A stretch of DNA of 38,533 nucleotides from Bifidobacterium breve. GTDB lineage: Bacteria > Actinomycetota > Actinomycetes > Mycobacteriales > Mycobacteriaceae. The notes under the pieces were generated by a model. That model saw only the letters and a program-made list of their open reading frames with translations. It was not told where the DNA came from and made no database searches. Where the stretch lies: contig CAMCWJ010000001.1 in the NCBI GenBank assembly GCA_945882475.1, positions 1-38,533 of the forward strand, read 5' to 3'. The number at the start of each line of letters is the position of its first letter. Position 1 is the first letter of the stretch. Below are positions 33,019-38,533 of this stretch, piece after piece. Position numbers and translations under genes: made by a program.

Positions 33019-35283
33019 ATGATCGAGCACGGACAGACCCAGCGCAGTATCGGGTCCTTGGGTTCCTGGCTGGCTGATCTGCCTGACGAGCGACTGGTCC
33101 GGCTGTTGGATCTGCGGCCCGACCTCGCCCAGCCCGCGCCCGGAAGCATCGCCGCCCTGGCGGCACGGGCATCCTCCCGGCAGTCGGTGAAGGTCGCCGC
33201 CGACGAGTTGGACTTCCTGCACCTGGCCGTGCTGGATGCGTTACTGGTGCTGCGCGCCGACCAGGCCAGCGTGACGGTCGCCGAATTGCTGACCATGATC
33301 GGCGGCCGGGCCGACGCCGCGGACGTCCAGGGCGCTCTGGACGCGCTGCGTGAGCGGGCCCTGGTGTGGGGGGACACCGAGCTGCGGGTGCCTGCCGAGG
33401 CCGCTGCCGCGCTGCCGTGGTTTCCGGGCCAGGCGATCGTCGAGAACGGCGAACGACCGGCCGCCGACATAGCGACCGCGGTCGAGGATCTCGACGAGCC
33501 GGCCCGCGAACTGCTGGACCGGCTGCTGATCGGCTCGCCGGTGGGACGCACGCGGGACGCGGCCCCGGGCACACCGGCCCAGCGGCCGATTCAACGCCTC
33601 CTGGCCGCCGGCCTGCTGCGGCAACTGAGCGCGGAGACGGTGATTCTGCCCCGTAACGTTTCCGCGGTACTGCGCGGCGAGGAGCCGGGCCCGGTCGACC
33701 TGGTCAGTCCCGATCCGGTAGCCGTCACCACCAGCATGACCGAAGCCGATGCCTCCGCTGCCGGTGCCGCCGCTGAGTTGCTGCGCCAGGTCGAGGTGGT
33801 AATCGAAAACCTCTCGGCCACACCGGTTGCCGAGCTGCGCAGCGGAGGTTTGGGGGTTCGGGAGGCAAAGCGGCTGGGCAAGATGACCGGGATCGACGAG
33901 CAACGCCTCGGCCTGGTCCTGGAACTGGCCGCGGGTGCCGGTCTGATCGCCAGCGGTATCCCCGATCCCGCCACACCGGACGACTCCCCGTCGCACTGGG
34001 CGCCGACGGTGGCCGCCGATCGCTTCCTAGAAACACCGGCGGCGGGCCGCTGGCTGCAACTGGCTACCACCTGGCTGGATCTGCCGGCCCGCCCGGGACT
34101 GATAGGCGGCCGGGGTCCCGACGGCAAACACTATGCGGCGCTGTCGGATTCGCTGTTCTCGACGGCCGCGCCGCTGGACCGCAGACTATTGCTGGCCATG
34201 CTCGCCGAACTGCCACCCGGCGCCGGCGTCGATGCGCGCAGCGCCTCCGGTGCGCTGATCTGGCGGCGGCCGCGCTGGGCGGTACGGCTTCAGCCCGAAC
34301 CGATCGGACATCTGCTTGAAGAGGCTCATGCGCTGGGACTGACCGGACGGGGCGCGCTGAGTAGCCCGGCGCGAGCACTACTGGCCGACGGCGACGAGGA
34401 GGCGGCCATCGCGATGGCCAAGACCCTGCCCGCACCGATCGACCACTTTCTTGTACAGGCCGATCTGACGGTGGTGGTTCCCGGGCCGCTGCGGCGCGAA
34501 CTCGCCGACGACCTAGCCGCACTGGCCACTCTGGAGTCGGCCGGTGCGGCCATGGTCTACCGGGTCAGCGAGCAATCGATCCGGCACGCCCTCGACACCG
34601 GACGCACCGTGGAGGTGTTGCACTCGTTCTTCGCGACATATTCGAAAACACCGATACCTCAGGGCTTGACCTATCTCATCAATGACGTAGCCCGGCGGCA
34701 CGGCCAGCTGCGGGTGGGCATGGCGTCGTCGTTCCTGCGCTGCGACGACCCGGCACTGCTGGCCAGCGCAGTGGCCGCTCCCAGCCTGGCCGACCTCGGC
34801 GTGCGACTGCTGGCACCGACCGTGGCGGTGTCACAGGCACCGATCGCCGAGGTGCTCGCGGTACTGCGGAGCGCCGGCTTCGCCCCCGCCGCCGAGGACT
34901 CCTCCGGGGCCATCGTGGACCTGCGGCGCCGCGGGGCACGCGTGGCCGGCGCCCCGACCCGGCGGTTGTACCGCTCGCTTGCCAGACCGGGGCCCGAGAC
35001 CCTGGCGGCCGTGGTGGCCGTCCTGCGCCGGGTGGAGTCGGCCGCACCGGCCGATTCTCGGATCGAGCCGGCGGTCGCGATGGCTCTGCTGCACCAGGCG
35101 GTGGTGCACGGAACCGACGTTCTGATCGGGTACGTGGACGCCGCCGGGGTGGCCACCCAGCGGGTAGTGACGCCGATCTCGGTGCTCGGCGGCCTTCTGA
35201 CCGCCTTCGATCCGGCTCAGGGACGGGTGCGGGAGTTCGCGGTGCACCGCGTGTCGTCGGTCATGGCGGCCAACAGCGGATAA
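33019..35283 (+). CDS. XPB-associated helicase-C3-domain protein with a WYL-like C-terminus (Rv0862c-like)
   Basis: GSWLADLPDERL...RPDL, VQADLTVVVPGPL and PQGLTYLINDVARRHG motifs; ATG 33019. Confidence 0.85.
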   Translation: MIEHGQTQRSIGSLGSWLADLPDERLVRLLDLRPDLAQPAPGSIAALAARASSRQSVKVAADELDFLHLAVLDALLVLRADQASVTVAELLTMIGGRADAADVQGALDALRERALVWGDTELRVPAEAAAALPWFPGQAIVENGERPAADIATAVEDLDEPARELLDRLLIGSPVGRTRDAAPGTPAQRPIQRLLAAGLLRQLSAETVILPRNVSAVLRGEEPGPVDLVSPDPVAVTTSMTEADASAAGAAAELLRQVEVVIENLSATPVAELRSGGLGVREAKRLGKMTGIDEQRLGLVLELAAGAGLIASGIPDPATPDDSPSHWAPTVAADRFLETPAAGRWLQLATTWLDLPARPGLIGGRGPDGKHYAALSDSLFSTAAPLDRRLLLAMLAELPPGAGVDARSASGALIWRRPRWAVRLQPEPIGHLLEEAHALGLTGRGALSSPARALLADGDEEAAIAMAKTLPAPIDHFLVQADLTVVVPGPLRRELADDLAALATLESAGAAMVYRVSEQSIRHALDTGRTVEVLHSFFATYSKTPIPQGLTYLINDVARRHGQLRVGMASSFLRCDDPALLASAVAAPSLADLGVRLLAPTVAVSQAPIAEVLAVLRSAGFAPAAEDSSGAIVDLRRRGARVAGAPTRRLYRSLARPGPETLAAVVAVLRRVESAAPADSRIEPAVAMALLHQAVVHGTDVLIGYVDAAGVATQRVVTPISVLGGLLTAFDPAQGRVREFAVHRVSSVMAANSG

Positions 35284-35314
35284 TGAGCGCCATGACACGC
35301 GAGCGGAACCCCTG

Positions 35315-36964
35315 ATGACCGACGGGCCGCTGATCGTGCAGTCCGACAAGACCGTGCTGCTGGAGGTCGATCACGAATCGGCCGCGGCCGCGCGGGCGGC
35401 GATTGCACCGTTCGCCGAACTGGAACGCGCTCCCGAGCACATCCACACCTACCGGATCACCCCGTTGGCGCTGTGGAACGCCCGCGCCGCCGGCCACGAC
35501 GCCGAGCAGGTGGTCGATGCCCTGGTCACCCACTCCCGCTACGCGGTGCCGCAGGCACTGCTGGTCGACATCGTCGACACCATGGCCCGCTACGGCCGGC
35601 TGCAACTGGTTAAGAGTCCGGTGCACGGGCTGATGCTGGTGAGTCTGGACCGGGCGGTGCTCGCAGAAGTACTGCGTAACAAGAAGATCACCCCGATGCT
35701 GGGCGCTCGGATCGACGACGACTCGGTGATCGTGCATCCCAGCGAACGCGGCCGGGTCAAGCAGATGCTGCTCAAGATCGGTTGGCCCGCAGAGGATCTC
35801 GCCGGGTATGTCAACGGCGAGGCACACGCCATCAGCCTGGTAGAAGACGACTGGGAGTTGCGCGACTACCAGCAGATGGCAGTGGACTCGTTCTGGGCCG
35901 GTGGCTCAGGCGTGGTGGTGCTGCCATGCGGTGCCGGCAAGACCCTGGTGGGTGCGGCGGCCATGGCCAAGGCTGGTGCCACCACGCTGATCCTGGTCAC
36001 CAACACCGTGGCCGGCCGGCAGTGGAAACGCGAACTCATCGCGCGGACGTCGCTCACCGAGGCCGAGATCGGCGAGTACTCCGGGGAGCGCAAGGAGATC
36101 CGCCCGGTCACCATCGCCACCTACCAGGTGATCACCCGGCGCACCAAGGGCGAGTACCGCCATCTCGAACTGTTCGATAGCCGCGACTGGGGACTGATCA
36201 TCTACGACGAGGTGCATCTGCTGCCCGCGCCGGTGTTCCGGATGACCGCCGATCTGCAATCCCGGCGCCGCCTGGGCCTGACCGCCACCCTGATCCGGGA
36301 GGACGGCCGCGAGGGCGACGTGTTCAGCCTGATCGGGCCGAAACGCTACGACGCCCCGTGGAAGGACATCGAGGCCCAGGGCTGGATCGCCCCGGCCGAG
36401 TGCGTCGAAGTCCGGGTGACGATGACCGACAACGAGCGGATGCAGTACGCCGTCGCCGAACCTGAGGAGCGCTACCGGTTGTGCTCGACCGCGCATTCGA
36501 AAGTCGCGGTCGTCAAGTCGATCCTGGCCAAGCACCCCGGCGAGCCGACCCTGGTGATCGGCGCCTACCTTGACCAACTCGATGAGCTCGGCACGGAACT
36601 CGACGCCCCGGTCATCCAGGGGTCGACCAAGAACGCCGAACGCGAAGCATTGTTCGACGCGTTTCGGCGCGGTGAGATCAAGACGCTGGTGGTGTCGAAG
36701 GTGGCGAACTTCTCCATCGATCTGCCGGAAGCCTCTGTGGCGGTGCAGGTTTCGGGCACGTTCGGCTCACGCCAGGAGGAGGCGCAGCGGCTGGGCCGGC
36801 TGCTGCGGCCCAAGGCCGACGGCGGCGGGGCGGTGTTCTACTCGGTGGTGGCCCGCGACAGCCTGGACACCGACTACGCCGCGCACCGGCAGCGGTTCCT
36901 CGCCGAGCAGGGCTACGGCTACATCATCACCGACGCCGACGACCTGCTCGGCCCAGCGATCTAA
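35315..36964 (+). CDS. ercc3: DNA repair helicase XPB (Ercc3)
   Basis: MTDGPLIVQSD, Walker A PCGAGKT, DEVH, TAT, RED motif and QRLGR. Confidence 0.95.
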   Translation: MTDGPLIVQSDKTVLLEVDHESAAAARAAIAPFAELERAPEHIHTYRITPLALWNARAAGHDAEQVVDALVTHSRYAVPQALLVDIVDTMARYGRLQLVKSPVHGLMLVSLDRAVLAEVLRNKKITPMLGARIDDDSVIVHPSERGRVKQMLLKIGWPAEDLAGYVNGEAHAISLVEDDWELRDYQQMAVDSFWAGGSGVVVLPCGAGKTLVGAAAMAKAGATTLILVTNTVAGRQWKRELIARTSLTEAEIGEYSGERKEIRPVTIATYQVITRRTKGEYRHLELFDSRDWGLIIYDEVHLLPAPVFRMTADLQSRRRLGLTATLIREDGREGDVFSLIGPKRYDAPWKDIEAQGWIAPAECVEVRVTMTDNERMQYAVAEPEERYRLCSTAHSKVAVVKSILAKHPGEPTLVIGAYLDQLDELGTELDAPVIQGSTKNAEREALFDAFRRGEIKTLVVSKVANFSIDLPEASVAVQVSGTFGSRQEEAQRLGRLLRPKADGGGAVFYSVVARDSLDTDYAAHRQRFLAEQGYGYIITDADDLLGPAI

Positions 36965-37950
36965 GCCAATGCGGGGATGACCTCGCGGGCGAACAGTTCG
37001 ATTCCGGAGCGGTCGTAGGCCGCCTCCGGGAAGTAGCAGATCACGTACTCGCAGCCGAGGTCACGCAACGCCGAGAGGGTGTCGATCACCTGCTCGGGGG
37101 TTCCGGTGGCGTTGCCGGGAGCGGAGTTCATCGTCATCATCGCGTCAGCGGCGCCCTCCCCGCACACCCCGACCAACCGGTCGCGGACCCGTCGCGCCCG
37201 GTCCGCCACCTCCACCTCCGAGGTTCCGATGATGGCGTTGACGTTGGCCGACCGCACGATCGAACCGAAGTCGGTTCCGACGTCTCGGCAGTGGCCGGCG
37301 AGAATCTCGGACTTGTGCGCGAACTCCTCGTGCCCGGCACTGAAGTTGGTGTACTGGGCGTACTTCGCCGCGATCTTCAGCGTCACCTTCTCGCCACCGC
37401 CGGCGATCCACAGCGGAATCCCGCCTTCCTGCAACGGTTTCGGAGCGATGATCGCTCCGTCGACCTGGTAATGCTTACCGTCAAAGCTGACCCGACCGTC
37501 GCGCCAGGCATTGCGCATAATCTGCACGCCTTCATCAAGACGGGCCAGTCGCACCCCGGCGGAGGGGAATCCGTATCCGTAGGCGCGCCACTCGTGCTCG
37601 TACCAGCCTCCGCCGATGCCCATCTGGACGCGGCCACCGGAGATGATGTCGGTGGTGGCCGCGACCTTCGCCAGATACGCCGGGTTGCGGTAGCTCATCG
37701 CCGTGCACATCTGACCGATCTTGATTCGCGACGTCGTGGCCGCGTAGGCAGCCATCAGGGTCCAGGCCTCATGGGTGGCCTCATCGCTCGGCATCGGCAC
37801 GGTATGGAAGTGGTCGTAGACCCACAGCGAATCCCACGGCCCATCGTCGGCGTAGGTCGCCAGCTCCCGCATTACCTGCCAATGGTTTTCGCTCCCGATG
37901 CCGACCAGATCCATTCGCCAGCCCTGCGGGATGAACAGTCCGAATTGCAT
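36961..37950 (-). CDS. LLM-class F420-dependent oxidoreductase
   Basis: MQFGLFIPQGWRMDL, WVYDHFH, SYRNPAYLAK and IAGGGEK motifs; ATG 37950. Confidence 0.88.
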   Translation of the reverse strand: MQFGLFIPQGWRMDLVGIGSENHWQVMRELATYADDGPWDSLWVYDHFHTVPMPSDEATHEAWTLMAAYAATTSRIKIGQMCTAMSYRNPAYLAKVAATTDIISGGRVQMGIGGGWYEHEWRAYGYGFPSAGVRLARLDEGVQIMRNAWRDGRVSFDGKHYQVDGAIIAPKPLQEGGIPLWIAGGGEKVTLKIAAKYAQYTNFSAGHEEFAHKSEILAGHCRDVGTDFGSIVRSANVNAIIGTSEVEVADRARRVRDRLVGVCGEGAADAMMTMNSAPGNATGTPEQVIDTLSALRDLGCEYVICYFPEAAYDRSGIELFAREVIPALA

Positions 37951-37960
37951 GTGGCCAACT

Positions 37961-38533
37961 CTACGGTCGGGCCGACAACACCGGGAGCAGCTTGCGCAGG
38001 ATTGCGGCCGAGCCGGCCGCCACCTCATCGACGAATGCCGCGAAGTCGAAGTGCGCCTCCCGGCCGGCGAGGTCGGACAGGGCGCGGATGACCAACCATG
38101 GGATGCCGAAGCTCTCGCACACCTGGCTGAGCGCGCCGCCTTCCATCTCTACGGCCCGCCCGCCGAGGTCTGCGTGCAGACGCTCCCGGGTCGCTTCACA
38201 GGCCAGATATTGGTCGCCGGTCAGCACCGTGCCGTAGGCGATGCGCGGCGGCCGGTCCCCGCCGCCGGCGCCGCGCGACAACGGCGGCAGCGTGAACCCG
38301 TCGAGTTGGGTGCGGACCCGGTCGAGCAGCGCGGGATCAGCCGGATAGCCGAACCGGTCGGTGGGATTGAGGAAGGGGACATGGCCCGCCTGATAGGTCC
38401 GCAGGCCGGAGTCCTCGATCACGCCCGCGTCGTGCTGAATGGTGCGGTCGGCGATCACCACATCACCGATATCCAGATCCGGATCCAGTCCGCCACCGAC
38501 CCCGGAGAAGACGATCACGGCGCATCCGAACCG
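37961..38533 (-). CDS. mtnN: 5'-methylthioadenosine/S-adenosylhomocysteine nucleosidase (3' part; the start lies outside the window)
   Basis: FSGVGGG, GDVVI, TGDQY, VEMEG and IRALSDLAG motifs; the frame is open to the window edge. Confidence 0.85.
   Translation of the reverse strand, partial: RFGCAVIVFSGVGGGLDPDLDIGDVVIADRTIQHDAGVIEDSGLRTYQAGHVPFLNPTDRFGYPADPALLDRVRTQLDGFTLPPLSRGAGGGDRPPRIAYGTVLTGDQYLACEATRERLHADLGGRAVEMEGGALSQVCESFGIPWLVIRALSDLAGREAHFDFAAFVDEVAAGSAAILRKLLPVLSARP

Overview
GC-rich mycobacterial core chromosome. From memory of those proteins, it is largely collinear with the M. tuberculosis Rv0910 to Rv0861c block. It has no PE/PPE genes and carries extra genes (ABC exporter pair, FKBP, TetR, SRPBCC), which suggests an environmental, non-tuberculous species. 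Gene order: partial CouO-like amidohydrolase, Rv0910/Rv0909 toxin-antitoxin pair, ctpE, serine hydrolase lipoprotein, MBL hydrolase, echA6, heterodimeric ABC exporter, prrA, arfCBA, FKBP, gltA2, TetR, pdxH, citA, fprB, AurF-type diiron protein, serC, sepH, Rv0882-Rv0875c homologues, cspB, yccF-moaA-moaD, rpfA, moaE-mog-moaC, Rv0863, Rv0862c-XPB, F420-dependent LLM oxidoreductase and a partial MTA/SAH nucleosidase. I saw no rRNA, tRNA, CRISPR array, transposase or prophage, and I cannot support a wholly new multi-gene system. The most unusual signals concern regulation: (1) prrA is intact but its kinase gene prrB is not beside it, with only 3 bp to the next convergent gene; (2) the rpfA leader keeps CRP- and MtrA-like sites but lacks recognisable c-di-AMP (ydaO) riboswitch motifs and has a short hairpin-rich leader instead; (3) a 22-bp direct repeat sits where the MarR gene Rv0880 would be; (4) a 10-codon mini-ORF overlaps both the Rv0862c stop and the XPB start; (5) many genes look leaderless, and several -10 boxes reuse the upstream stop codon. 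All homologue names are recalled from protein sequence and synteny, not from database searches.
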